From NCBI GenBank assembly GCA_000165425.1, contig CT868074.1:434001-498000 (forward strand): a stretch of 64,000 bases of DNA, read 5' to 3'. The notes beneath the pieces are model-generated. The model worked only from the letters and a program-made list of their open reading frames with translations. It was not told the origin of the DNA and ran no database searches. Below are positions 39,604 to 54,209 of the stretch, in pieces (within the stretch, counting starts at the first letter, position 1; each line of letters opens with the position of its first letter). The translations under genes and the position numbers were made by a program. This stretch comes from Paramecium tetraurelia (Eukaryota).

Positions 39604-40857
39604 TCTATTCAATAATATCATTCAAAAGTTATCACCCATTCTAGCAAATTTTTATTTTTTCTATTCTCTTAGACTTACATAATCTCAAATGAATATCTTC
39701 CACTTGTAATCAAATTTTGGATTGACATCTCATTATCTTATTTTATCTATAAAAATTTCACAAAACTCTGATTTTTTAATCAGATGACTAATTTTTAGAT
39801 TTTAGATATTACTTAATTTAGCATAGTACCAAATTAAGAAAGATGTTTGAAATATGTTGATTGATCAAACTCTTTAGCTATTAAAAACCTTCTCTATTTT
39901 GCAATTAATTTTATACATTATTTTTTATAGACCTAATTTATCATATCAGGAGAGTTACAATTTAGCAAAGTACAATTAGGGTCATTTATGCCTGTTAACG
40001 AAATAATCGAACAATTTAATAGCTTATATAACTCAATATGAGAGGTCCAAGAAAATCCAAATATATTCCATAGTTATTAATATTCGAGTATTGCAGCAAT
40101 TTGATTGTGATCATTCTGATAAGCTAAATCGACTAATTTATCATTTCTAAATAAAGATGATCTTTTTGATTAAATAAATCCTGTGAAAATAAGCATTTTT
40201 ACTTTACTACCAGAAAATAGGATCTTAAGACTATATAAACATTGGTTACCTTTGGATTAGATTTCTAAATTTAAAGTACATCGTGAATTAGAATTACGAT
40301 ATCCTTATTGAAAAATTGTTTATAGCAAACAACATTTTTTATTACTGATAAAAATAGGGACTGTATACACTAGTAATAGACTTAAAAAATTATAAAAATG
40401 GTGCAATTCAAGCGAATTCAGTAATTAACATTAGATTTGTTAATTCTAATCTGAAAATAGTAAATATCTTGCTACTTCTGGACCTAAATCTAGATAGCTT
40501 TAAATAAGAATCTTTAAAAATTTATGAATAAATTGTATTGTTTATTTTCTATCCATAAATTTTATTTTATGTCCAAGCATAGCCGTTTTATATAATAGTT
40601 ATGTGGAGTAAGACTAATGTTTGTATTGATATAATTTATTAATTAAATTTGAAAGGATATGAATATATGTCTTCATATATATGTGTTGTAAGGTGAAAGT
40701 ATCTAATCCCAAGATTGAATTAATAATTTGTTTAAGATTACAGCAGTTATTACTCTTGTTCATTTATTATTTTAATTCCTAATTATAAATTTTAATAAAT
40801 TTTTCGTTTAATTTTGAAGTATTTTGTTATTATATAAAATAATAATTTGTTATCAAG

Positions 40858-42794
40858 ATGGACACAGAAGAAGAATGTTTCTCTGGAGATGAAATAGATC
40901 AATTTAATTGTCCTAAACATTCATTAATTTATACTAGTATCTTTAATTTTTAATTAATTAGATTACTGTACAACTACATAATAATTGCTGTGCCAAGAAT
41001 GTATGATCAAATGCAGTTTGAAAGTATAAAACATTATTTCAATAGAAAAAGTAAGATTCTTAATAGAAATTAGGCTTTGAATAACATTAGCTAATAAAAT
41101 AAATAATAATTGTAGAAAGTTCAAAAAATCATTAAGAATTTTAATACTTTAGATGATCAAATTCAAAAAGAAAATATTTAAATAAATAAAATGTCTCAAC
41201 TCCAAATTTAATCATTAAGTTCAATTTGTACCTAAATTGTTGAGATTGTATAATTGAAATTTCAACAACTGATTGAATAAGTTGAAGTCCATAAAATTAA
41301 GCATTAATAGACTTTACAGGATTCCAAAGTACACCTAATTATTATTTTTAAAGTGCATAATTGATGAATATAGGGGAAGAGGAACCCAATTGGAGAAGAA
41401 TATTGTAAATTAGTAGAACACCTCTGGTTTTGAACAATTGAAAAAGTTTCGAGAATATTACACTATAAATTGTAAGACAATCAAAGAACTTGAAAACGAA
41501 TATGATAATTTATCACAAGCACCTAAAATTTAATACTAGTAATTGTAGATCAGAAATGCAAATGACATTGTTAAACAAATCTCTAATCTATTATGTATTT
41601 TAGAAAGAGACTCAGACTATAGAATTAAAAGAGTATCATCTAAATTGTTTTAATAACCAAACACTACAAGGGCAAGTCCATTTTCCAAAAAGGGGTTTAC
41701 TTAACATAGCTAACCTCATTTTAGTTTATAATCATCAAAGCACCAAATACGAAAGACAGAAGTCAAACAAATAACTTTAGATATACCAACAGATATAAGT
41801 TCAATTTTAGACAAAGCATCACCTGAACAATCAATTATTAATGATTTCTTTAGTAATAAGTAATCATTAAGTGAGCATTCAATTTCAAAGATGGAGATAC
41901 CTATTTAAAATCAAACTCAATTTTATATTATCGGAGGGTTATTGAAGGGTCAAAGATAAAATCTTATTGAATTATTTGATATTTAATCAAAGTAATCTAG
42001 TTAACATGACTTTTTGGTATCGAACCGCTATGGATTTTAAATAGCATATCATGGAAATCAAATTCTATTGATAGGAGGGAAATAAGAAGGTATTAGAACA
42101 GCTTTATGTGAATCGTATGATCCAAATTTAAAACAATCCAAGATCTCTTAATTGATACTGACCAAAGGAGTTAGTGGGTTGGCATCAAAATAAATAGGAA
42201 ATAAGTTATACATTTCAGGAGGGAAAACAGATTCAGGGATTTAAGACATTTTTTAACTTATCAATTTAGATACGTATTAAACCAAAAACTTATAGTCTGT
42301 TCCTATTAAATGTTATAATCATACATTAGTTTAAGGCAATGAACCAAATACTTTGTATTTATTTGATGAACAAGGATGTTTCAAATACGATATTACAACT
42401 AATCAATGGAAAAAAATCAAATCTCCTAATTAACCAAGAAGAAACCATGTTTCTTTGACTCTACCTGATGGTATTTGGATTTTTGGAGGAAGATCTGGCA
42501 AAAAATACATTAAATAAATTGAGAAATATGATGAAACTGATGAATAATTTTACTAAATGGGTGAATTGGTCTGTCCTACAATTAAATTTGATGCAATAGT
42601 TAGTGATGACTATTAGTTTGTGTATTTAGTTGGAGGAAAGACATAGGAAAATATTCCTAGTTCAAATATTTGGAAGTATTTATAATTTATATATAAATCT
42701 CATTAGGTATTCCATATTGACAAATTAATGTTTACTTCACAGTTAATTCACAAAGCCAAGATATTCTCATAAATTGATACCCAAGAAAGGTTGA
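40858..42794 (+). CDS. B-box-like zinc finger, coiled coil and Kelch-repeat protein
   Basis: N-term CPKH..YC..LLCQEC; C-terminal repeats FYIIGG, ILLIGG, LYISGG, IWIFGG, VYLVGG. Confidence 0.8.
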
Positions 42795-43169
42795 CTTTAA
42801 TTAATAATGTTTATTTAACTATGATAACTTTCAATTCTAATAAATAGACATTAATGTTACTTTAAAAATCTTTTTAGTAAGTAAATTAAGATATCAAGCT
42901 ATTGTTGTATTTATTTTTTTTGAAACTCTTTTTTCTTATTATTGCTTCAGATTCATAAATATTAAAAAGTCTATCAGCATTAATTTGCTAACATTTCAAC
43001 TTTCTTTAATTGAAAATTTATAATCTCTTGACTTATAATATTTCTTTTATATGTTTTCTCAATATTGTTATTCATTTAAAAATCGATTCACAATTCTGAG
43101 TTCTAAATACAATTCAATAATTTACATTAAATAAGCAACTATAACTAAATTATTTTAAAATTAAAAGTT

Positions 43170-44047
43170 ATGAGCAAACCATCGCATAGTCCAAATGAAT
43201 TGATTGAATTTGAAAACCACAATCGAAATTCCTCCTTCGGAAAGAGTAAAATCATTATTTGAATGTAGAGTTATTGTCAACGGTTCCAAATGTTCCTGCC
43301 TTTGGCTTTGGAACTTCTAGTAGACATTAGGCATAACAAGTATACAGAGAAAATAGACTGATGGAGAAAGGTAAGCATAGCCCAGGTCCAATCTATAATC
43401 CCACAAAAAATTTTGATTAATAAGCAGCTAGAGCTCCTAGTGCAGGAATGGGAACATCTACAAGATAGAGTTTAAACTCAAATCATTATGATCATTATAA
43501 AAGAAAAGATGTCGATGTATTGTTATTTATAATCAGTAGTTTGAACCTTAAAAAGCTGAGCATCTTAGAAAATGGTCTGCAGGAACAGTTAGAATTGGGT
43601 AAGAACAGCGATTCCTATAGAAAGAACTGACAAAGACCCCAGGCCCCAATTATGATGTAAACTAGAGAATTCAAGGCCCTAAATATACTATGGGTAATAG
43701 AAGAGCTCATTCTGTTTCTTTTTCGACTCCAAGTAAGGTTGGACCTGGAACTTACAAACCAAAAAAAGATTTTTCAACAGAATTGCAAGAACAACCTAAA
43801 TATTCATTTACTAAAGCTCCAAAAATACCTTAACAAAAGAATATAGATAAAAATTAGACATATTACGTGCAGTATAAATGTATTCTATGAATTTAGAGAC
43901 AGTATTGGAGCTCAAGTGGCATCTACTAAACCAAATAAACCATCTTTTAGTTTTGGCAAAGGAATTAGAGAAGCTAAATTAGCTATGTACAAAAACGATT
44001 TTGTAAAGATTGGGGTTAATATAAAGATCCCACATCCAAAGTTTTGA
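43170..44047 (+). CDS. SHIPPO/STPG (PGP)-repeat protein, likely axonemal
   Basis: HSPGPIYNP, TPGPNYDV and VGPGTYKP repeats interleaved with PKYTMG/PKYSF/PSFSFG. Confidence 0.75.
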
Positions 44048-44059
44048 ATTAAAATTGTT

Positions 44060-45480
44060 TCACAATAATTTTATCAGAATTTCAGCATCTTTAAATCTTT
44101 AAAGCATATTCGAACTTTGTAAGACTATCACAATCGCATCGAAGTCATCAGTTTTATAATAACCACTGAAACATGGACCAGCATTTGATGTTATTCCAGT
44201 TTTTATGCCCTCCCATCCTTCTTTTTTCAATAACTTATTTGTGTTTTTCCATTTATAATAAGTTCCCTAATTGCCTTATTCAGTTACTGCATAAGTCTTA
44301 AAACATCTTGTGTTTACAATTTCCATGAATTCTTTAATTTTGATGCATTCCTCAACTAATTTAAAGATGTCCAATGCACAGGAGACGTTTAATGTGTCAT
44401 TTAATCCATGAACTGAATTATAATTAGTTTTATCCATTTTTAAATTTTCAGCATGATTATTCATCATCTATAAGAATTAAGTTCTTAATTAAAATTTATT
44501 TTTTTCTATTTCTAGTTCACAATCAATATAATGTCCATTGCAATATCTTTGAATGCTATCACAAGTTTTTAAGAAAGCTATTGCATAACTTAATACCAAT
44601 GCTGCATCATTTCCAGATGGTAACATCATTGCAAATAGTAACTACCTTACATTCATAATTCCTCCTGCATTTAAGAAGGCACTCGTACCATCTATGCATT
44701 CAGCATGTCCAGGTATCTTTATTCTTATTGATTCCATATCAATTCGTTTTTCTTCTAAAAATTTTAGTGTTGTGTAGCAAGTCATCACTTTTGTAATTGA
44801 TGCCACCTCACTTTTTTATTGATCTTAATATGCATATATCTTTTTAAATATTGTTTCCCCTTTATTTCTTTTGAAAATCGCCCATTTTTTAGAGCTAACC
44901 TTGTGTTTTATTTTAGAACTGACTGGTATTGAAATTGACAGGACATCCGTTTTACTTCCTTAACTAACTATGCTCTTTTGACTCATTATACTCAAGGCTG
45001 TAGAAACTGGCTTTTTTGGCTGTTATTCTTTTCTTACAAAATACTCTTATATTAAGTCATTAGATACTTGTTACTTCTCTCTACTAAATTTCTGCATATT
45101 TTTTTATTCTATCCCTCATGACTTAACCAGGTAATATTGGAAAACTATTTATTTATAAGGTTTGAATTTGTTTTTTCTTTTTCTCTTCTTATGCATATCG
45201 TTACAAAGCTTCCAAATAAGTTTCAATGTAAGTGTAGTCTGAATGATTTTCACTTCTTTTCTAATAATTGTATAATTCTTACTCTTTATTACATACTCTC
45301 GTTTATGTAGTATCTTAAAGGAGTCTGCAATGGTTTATTATTATGAAGCTTAGGTGTAGCGCTTTTAAGACTCCTACCTTTTAATTCAGGAAGGGCCATT
45401 TAGGAATCATCGGAAGTAGACTGAGCACTTTTGCGATGAAATTTCTATAATGATACTGATAATCCTTCCTTTGGATTCAT
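44060..45480 (-). CDS. Peptidase S11 (D-Ala-D-Ala carboxypeptidase-like) with long low-complexity N-terminus
   Basis: ASITKVMT (SxxK), LPSGNDAA (SxN), SVHGL, NTNKLL, GIKTGIT..AGPC (KTG). Confidence 0.88.
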
Positions 45481-46825
45481 ATAATTTTTTTTATTATATT
45501 TCTGTAATATAAGTTTTATTTAAATACATAATAATAGATAGCATGTTTATATCAAATTGGCTTTAAATACTTGTTATTATAGGAAATTTAAGTCAGATGA
45601 CACACTTCGATTTTTATGTATAGAAAAAAATAAGTTTATTTAACGTATGTTAAATCTTTTTCAAGATATCATAAATAAAGTTTATTTTTGTGAAAATTCT
45701 ATTCAAAATTCTATTCAAATTCTCCTTATTATTTTTAGCTAATATTCCATACTTCCCATATTGATTAAGGAATATTTAATCAAAGCGCTAAATTTCAATA
45801 ATTTATCAGAATATATCAAAAAGGAAATAATTTTTATGATAAACACACACTCCCTGCTGTTTCAATAATATTCACTCAAAATTTATTTAGGAATGCTTAA
45901 GGTTCATTATTAATATAAAAGATTATTAAGGATTAATTCAAGATATATTAATCGTTTCTTTTATTTAAAGTAGAATTTCTGTCGATTTTTAATTAATATT
46001 TATGATTAAATAGGCTTTAATATTAAAAAATAAATGGAGTGCAAAATAGTAGTAGAAATGAGCTTATCAATTTATGCTAAATTAAAATTATTTTAAACTT
46101 ATTAATTAAACTTTGGTCGATAACCCTTTTATTTCAATTTTTATTGCTTTAAAATTTGTCACAAAATGTAGTTGTCCTTTTTGTTAAATTTAGGATCATT
46201 ATAGAAATTTGATAAATTTTGATTATGAAAAATATGAAGTATTTGCAAAAAATAAATTAAATATTATCTATGAAATATAACACGCAAATAAAGGATCAGG
46301 ATATATTAAAAAAGAGACAAAACAAGATTGTCGCCTTTTCATTTATTTCAATAAAATTCCACAATGGTAAAATTGTTAATTTTTCACAATAAATGTATAT
46401 ATAAATCTGAATACTAAGCTATTTTTATAAAAATCATAAAAAAATTCATAAATTTTATTATAATTATATTACAATAATTAGGTTGATTTAAAAGTATAGC
46501 ATCTCTATACTCATTAATATTAATGGTAATTTAAACTTTCTTTCATTTTCCAATTTTTCAACATAAGAATTATTTAATTTATAATTCAAATATTATGAAT
46601 ACTTAGGTTTTTCAATATAATCACGGCCTTCCAATAACTTATTTAATGATATTTTAAATCTACCCTTGTTAATATAAAAATAACATAGCCATAATTTTAT
46701 ATTCTTTCGATTTGTGATAAAATTATCTTATAACAAAATATTTGCTTGATGAATAAAGCTACTATATTTTGATTAAAGTTAGATTTATTTAATATCTCAA
46801 TACATATATAAATTAAATTAGCAGA

Positions 46826-49800
46826 ATGTTCAAATTATTTGAACCTTATTATAAAGGATTGATTTTCTTGCTCTCATAATTTTTATAACTTGAATTCACT
46901 TAACCTTAGATATTTTAACTCGTCCTCATAATATTAAACTAGCTATAACCTATTGCCTTTAAATTTTACCCTATTTATAACTCAGGGAAATAATTTGAGC
47001 CCACCCTTTAATCGCTTCTTATATCATCAAGACCATACTTATTCTTACTCAGTGAACAGTCGAATACAATAGTAGTCTGTTTTTGCTTTGCATTTTAATA
47101 GATGGTTATAACATTCACACTTTACCTAATTTTAAAATCGAGAAATAAATAATTTCATGAAATAAGAGTGTCTAATTTAATCCTTTAATACATATGTCTT
47201 TATTATTACATGGTCTCATCCACATTCTATTGCTGGTTATTAGAGATATGTATGTTGAGAGTAACATAACTATATGGTATAGTTATTGGAACCATAATGA
47301 TAATTGAAATTGGAGCAATTATAATAATCTCAGATATTGTATATTAAAGTGGATTAATTTTAAGAGTTTCTACGCAACTACCCTTAAATAATAATACGGC
47401 AAACTACTTCATAAAACCATTAAGAATATTTCAGATAATAATTTTTTTCTTTTTTACTCATTACAAATTGAGTATGCTTTTCTAAAACATTCTCAATATT
47501 ATCATATAATCTTTGCATATTTACTAGATTTTAGAATTAAAGATATATGCAAAAGAGAAATGTGCATTAACTTCTCTTGTTTTTGCATCTATTGGAATTG
47601 CCATTTCAATGGAATCTCTTATAATGTAGACCAGAATTAGCTATAATTTATGGCTATTGGTATCTCTTATAATGATATACTTACTATAGTATATATATAA
47701 TAGATAATTGCTAACATTATAAACTTTGGATGTAAGAAAATTGAAGTATCTTTATTCATATGTCGAAAGCCTTGATGGGAATGTTCAGTAAAATATATTA
47801 AAAATGACTCTGATAGTATTTGAACACTAATAGAATTGTTTGAAGAATCAGTGTATTTGCAAAAAGGATATGAACATTAAGTAGAAAATATTCTAACTTA
47901 TTGAAATGAAGTTTGAGTTATTTTTAGAATAGAGAACCAAAAATATCTAACAACTTATACTTGACTTAGCCTAAATATTATTCAGAAGAAGGCAATTTGT
48001 AAAGGCATAATAAGTGATCTTTAAGGTTTTCCAATCCAAAGATTATTATCAAAATAAATACAACTCATTCAATATATCTTTGACCACTCTTTGCCTTTTA
48101 GATTTTTTAAAATATTAGATTTAGAATGATGTTCTAATCTAGATGATGGAAAGAATGATCCTCACTAATCCAAATAATAAATTAATTGCTGATTCCTTAA
48201 AATAATTCTCTATAAATGAAAACAGTGATCAATATATATAGATGAAATTAAAAAAGACAATCTTAGATAAAAGTTAATTTTATTACAATTTCATTGAGCA
48301 TTCAAATAAGTTATAAGGAGATATAAATTATCCAATCAAAATTATTAGACAATTATAATAATTTCGAAATGAATTAACCGAGAGATATTAGCAATTTCCA
48401 AGTATTTATTATAATGTTCTATATAGCTTCTAGCAATCAAAATGTATTAAAATTTTATCTATTAGAAGTCCTAAATAACTACATCGAAGCTTTTGATCTA
48501 AATAAAAATAAAGCACTCAATGACGAAAAATATTAAATGTTTCATGATTCTGTCTATAATAAACTATTTGGGTAGAATCCATCGTATATAGTTGCTGAAA
48601 TTAACAAAGATCTTGATATAGTAATTATGAGGCACTCGAAAAAGGCAATGAACAAATTTCAATCGCTTTATGGATCTAAAAAGAAAAACATTCTCGACAT
48701 TTCTGTGAATGATATAATACCAGAATATGTGTACAAATAGCATAGAACACTGATTGAGCAGTTCTTCGATGAAGGAACTAATAAGTATTATTAACAATAG
48801 AATCTATCATTTGTAAAAGTGTGTGATAAGATTATGCTACCAATAGAAATGATGGTTGGTCTAGATTAAAGCAGTTCTTAGGCTTTTTCATTTCTGGTAT
48901 TTTTCTATGAATAGATGGATTATAGATCGTATTTAGTAGTGAATCAATCCTTTGATATTATCAATTGCAGTGAAAATATTAGTAACCAAATTTTAGGGAA
49001 TAGTTAATATTCCCCAGGATTCACTTTTACAAAAGCCCTCGGAACTATATTTAATATCATACCAGACTTTGATTCTATGATTTAATCCAATGAAAAGAAT
49101 TTCTTTAATCAAAATATACGACTCTTGAGTTCGAATGCAAAATCAACTTCTCAAAGATATCTAGATTATATCTGTAATATCATAATAGAGAGGAAATTTA
49201 AAAATGAAAATATGTGTTTCATGATTACTTTAGATAATATTAGAACAAATAATAATAATAGAAATTGCAGTGATTCTAGACTAGAAACCAGTATATTTTA
49301 GAGGTAATAAACTCAGGATTAACTCTTAATTTAAAAACTTGAGAGAATGAAAGAAGATATAGAAGAGGATATTGATAAAGTCTTCCCATATCAGGATATT
49401 TTTGATATATCTTTAATTAAAAAAGCTAATCCTCTAAATTAAAGTGAAACTCATCATGTGGACTCCAAAATCTATATGACTGATCTATTGGTTGATCAGG
49501 AACAAACTAATCCTGTGTAATAATAATTTTAGGCCAATAACAATAACAAATTATTTAGCCCCAAAGAATCTATGTATTAGGAATTTATAAATAAGAAAAA
49601 TTTTACATTCTAGAATGAGATCAGAGATTTTGCATCTGGTTCTTCAGTAACAATGATTAAAAAGTCAAAATTTTACAAAAAATTTGAAATTATTTATTCA
49701 CTTTGCAAATCCTTGAAAAGTTCCTCAAAATTAATGAAAGCAAATTACAACTTTGTACTCTTCATTCTCCTAATTATAGTTTATATAATAATTGTAAGTA

Positions 49801-51529
49801 TATTATTTAACCTAGAACTTATCACTGATATCTAATATTCGTAGTTTTATATCTGATATTAAATTGCTTTCAGTAAGATACGATGTAACAGGTCCTTTGG
49901 AGTCCTTCTCAGTCTCAAGGTTTACTTAAATAAACTATAGAGAAATGCTTAGTAGGAAAGTGATTAACTCTTCCTATGCAACTTAATTATAAATATTTCC
50001 CAAAAAAAATTTGATGTAGTCATTTGATAAAATGAAGAAAAGTATGGGGAATGTACTACTAAGAAGTGAAATTGATTAGATTTCAAATATCACTTATATG
50101 CCTATTATGTTGTATGTAAATACTAATAATACTGGACAAGAGTATAATGTAAGCAAACGATCAGTGATAATAATGACTTTGAATTATTAGTATGAATTCA
50201 AATTACGCTTAGATGGACTTGGAGGAGGTTTTGACAATCCTTATTATTATTTTACTTATAAGGATTATCAAATAGTAAAGTCTATGTTTGATAATTTGAA
50301 TGTGGTTATTTTGGATATTACTTTAGAGAGATCAAATTAAGAAAAGTAGAAATGGATGTTTGGATATTTTCCATTTTTGGCGTTAAATTTTTTGATAACT
50401 TCAATCATAATTTTATAGGTAGTTCGACATAACAATGAAAGGAATGCAATTATGATATATATATCTTCAATAGATTTAAATGTTATTGAATAAGAGAAAT
50501 TTAGATTAAATTATCTATCATAAATAGTAGTTTAAGATATGGATATAGTAAAAGGATTCTCGATTGATATCGATTAAGTGGATAAATAATTAGAAAAATC
50601 AAATATTAAGCAAAAGACATTTTTTTCGAAAAAATCAAATTCAAAACTTATTAATAATAAACCAATTCTAGGACTCACTCTTAGTATTGGACATTTTCTG
50701 CTGTTTGCAGCATTTAGCATTTACTTATTTTTAACATTCAGAACATATTTCATAAAGTATGCAAACACAGCAGTGTTTTATTAGTAAATCTCAGATTTAG
50801 GTGTTGATATACCAGCTATATATGCACAAAAAGAAATATTATTTCGAGTTAGCTTTAGATATCCTTTTCTCAACTCAACTGATGTGGATTAAACCTATGC
50901 AGTTATTTTTAATGCCATGAATTCAGTTAAGAAGTATTAGCAACAAAATCTTGATTTACGTAATAAAGATTATTTGTTTGATGAGTATTTACTTGACTTT
51001 TTCACAACTATAAACACTGGAAATTTATGTGAGTTTTAGAGCGATGAATTAAAATAGGAAACATAATCATTTTGTTCTTAAGTAATGCAGGGAAATTTAG
51101 TTCAAGGTTTCTCATAAACATTAATTTATATATTGAATTCTGTTGGGGTTCAATAATCAGATACTTTAAATTTTACTGTTCAACCCGCATCCACATTATT
51201 GGAGTTAGAAGGGTCAACGATTTTGACAGACATTATTGAACTTATGATAAATTAATTTTATAACAATATCGTGAATTCAACCTAAAATTTAATCTTAGAT
51301 TAAGAGGTAAATTTGTAATTAACTATTTTAGTTGTTTTGTATTTTCTACTTGGTGTTTGAAATCCTGCTGGCTGTTTTCTACTTTGCTAAAGTTGACAAG
51401 CACAATCATTAGCAATTTTTATACTTGAAATAAAGTGTGTATTTGTTCCCTCGTCACACATTAATTTTTGATGATTCCTTCTATAGGAATTTTAGAAGTA
51501 TAGTGAACGAAGAAAATTTATTGGATTGA
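46826..51529 (+). CDS. Large multi-pass membrane protein with PAS-like domain (ciliate-expanded family)
   Basis: N-terminal TM bundle, central NDIIPEYVYKQHRTLIEQFFDEG PAS-like motif, three further TM clusters toward the C-terminus; frame not verified end to end. Confidence 0.7.
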
Positions 51530-51601
51530 GTGGATTTGATATTTTAATTATTTATTGTTGTTTAATAAATTCAATGTAAAAATTAATTTTTATTATAAAA
51601 A

Positions 51602-52741
51602 ATAGATAAGGATCACTTTAAAATGTTAAATGGGAAGATTAATGTCTAAATGAATCATAATTATTTCGTTGACTTAATTACAAAGGCTAATCAAACTGTG
51701 AGATCATTGAATTCAAAATTCCAAAAGAAACAAATGAGAGATAAAATGGACAAGGAGTACTTTAACGTTTTGAATGGCAAAATCAACTTCCAAATTAATG
51801 ATAAAGAATACATAGATTTGATTGCAACAAAAGCTAATTACACTGTCAGACCATTAACATTAAGGTTGAGAATGCAGTAGATGAAAGCAAAAATGGATGA
51901 GGAAATTAATGTAAGACATACACATTCATAAGTAGATTTCCAAATTGAAACACGAGAACATCTAATAATAATAAAATTTAGATGACTACTATAAAAATAT
52001 ATTCTTTTTGCACAAAAAGCGAAAAAACAAATTCATCAATAAAACAATGGTAAATCAAGGAGAAACAAGAAGTCCTCTAACTTAAAGGAACTTTACTCAA
52101 TCTTCCCCTTAGAGATAAACATAATAGTTCAATAAAACCATGTTGCCTTCTTCCCCGCTGATTCAATCAAATAAGATTAAGGTACAACAATATCAAGATT
52201 ACCTCAAACTCAATCATTAAATCAGTTAACATTAGGGATAATTAAATGTATAGATCTTGAATCTCTTGGAATAAAAAGTGTAAGCAATTAGTTAAATTAG
52301 TCACATAGCCAAATCGCTGAAATAGTCATGCACTAAGTCTGGAGTCGATTCCTATGAGCAAGCATTAAAAACAATCCAAGTCCTCAAACAAAATATAAAT
52401 TAATAGGTCATAAAGGAATGTAATTCCATTTATGAAGAAAAATAGAACCATAAGTTGAACATTCTTGAAAAAACTTATACTGTAAAATGCATTATTAATT
52501 CAAGTATTTTTTAAGGGTTATGGACGTAATTTAATAGATGGATGATTAAATATACTAATATATGTTGAACTATAAATCCAAAAACCCAGTGCATGATCAC
52601 AACTCTATTCTTGAAGATATAAATTAGATGAGAGATGATGCATATAACGAAAAAGTTCGAACTTTCAGTAAATATCACGATATAGATCAGGAAAAGAAAA
52701 GGGATAGATAGAAACTCAACAAAGTTAAGGCATATTTTTGA
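51602..52741 (+). CDS. Hypothetical protein with N-terminal ~46-aa tandem repeat; start uncertain
   Basis: DKDHFKMLNGKINVQ..TKANQTVR..QMRDKM / DKEYFNVLNGKINFQ..TKANYTVR..QMKAKM; two introns; TGA at 52739. Confidence 0.6.
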
Positions 52742-52841
52742 GTTATTAATTTTTATTAAAGTAACTTCAATTAATATAAATTTAACCCAATAAAATCAGG
52801 GTTAAATTATCATTAAATTCTTAATAGTTCGAACATTAAGT

Positions 52842-53966
52842 ATGTTTTAATAAAAAAAGGATGATTAATCTAAAGTGATGCTTTAAAGGTTCAATTATAA
52901 TACTAAACTAACGATATTCAAAGATTCGTAACTCTATTTTTTTATTAGATTTATTAGAGCTCCTTAGAATAAAAGGCTGAACTTCTTCAATGCTTAATAA
53001 GTATTTTTAAAAGCAATATTATTCAATTTAGAGAAAAGAATAATTATAATATATAAGATAAATTAGCTTTTCTAAGATATTTAAAAATGAATAATGCAAG
53101 ACTGTTAAAATATAACAATTATGTATGTTCGAATATTTAGAATGAAATTCACAACTAATTTAAGCAAACAACAAATATAGTTTAAGATTAATGCTCTCAT
53201 TTCTTAATTCAAGTTAATTGGAGGAGAGACAGTAAAATTAATAACGGAAAAGATACAAACCTGTAATTTTAATGTAAATCTTTTACAAAATGAAAACAAC
53301 ATATTTAACAATCAAAAAATGATAATTAATTAATAATAATTTAACGAATACAATAATATGCAAATATAAGTTCCAAAAGATGTTGTCAAACTTTAATATG
53401 ATTTCTAAAATTTACTAAACAAATATCATGGATTAGAATAGTTGTATATGAAGTAGTCAAATGAAATATTGCAATTAAAGAAATAAAATGAAAATCTAAG
53501 ATGTAATGTTGAGAATTATGAATGTTAAAAATGCAAAAAGTACCAGAACTAAATAGAGGAAATAAGAGAGGAAGCAAAATAAAAAATAAGTACAATAAAT
53601 AGCTTAGAGAATTAATTGAAAGAAAAATAAATTAAGAAAGATGAAATCTAAGCATAGGCATAAATTGAGTTACAGAATAAAGTTATATACTTTGAAAGTT
53701 TAAATAAAGAAGTATTAGAAAGATTGGATAGAGTAACTAAGGACAATTAACTATTCGATATCTTATTGAGGGAGAGGGATCAAAGAATAGAATCTCTGAG
53801 TGAAGTTATTCAACAATAAGAGCTTCAGATCTAACAGGATGCAGAAAATGATAATGCCTGGAAGGAGAAGTTTATAAAAATCAATAAAGATTATCATAAA
53901 TTACTACTAGAATATAACTCAACAAAAGCTGATTTAGAAGCTTTATATGTCAGTTAAAGAAGATGA
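52842..53966 (+). CDS. Coiled-coil hypothetical protein
   Basis: Q/E/K-rich heptads, ..AWKEKFIKINKDYHKLLLEY..; short introns; TGA at 53964. Confidence 0.55.
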
Positions 53967-54209
53967 AGTGATTTCGAATGAGTTAAATTATTTACTCCAT
54001 CAATATTAATTTATATTTAAATACTTATATAATTTAAATCAAAACTTTCAAAAGTTTATACTTCATTAATTGCACCATAAATTAATCTATGGTAACCAAA
54101 GAATGTGTAAATCAGAAATTGATAATTAGACTACTCAATTTATTTATTCTCCAAATATACAATAAACAGTTAATAGCCCATAATCAATAAATATATAAAT
54201 TATAATTTT

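Noticed and set aside
44743..44751. Sixth copy of TTCGTTTTT
   Set aside because: Inside the S11 peptidase CDS (codons GAA AAA CGA ATT), far from any start codon; treated as background.
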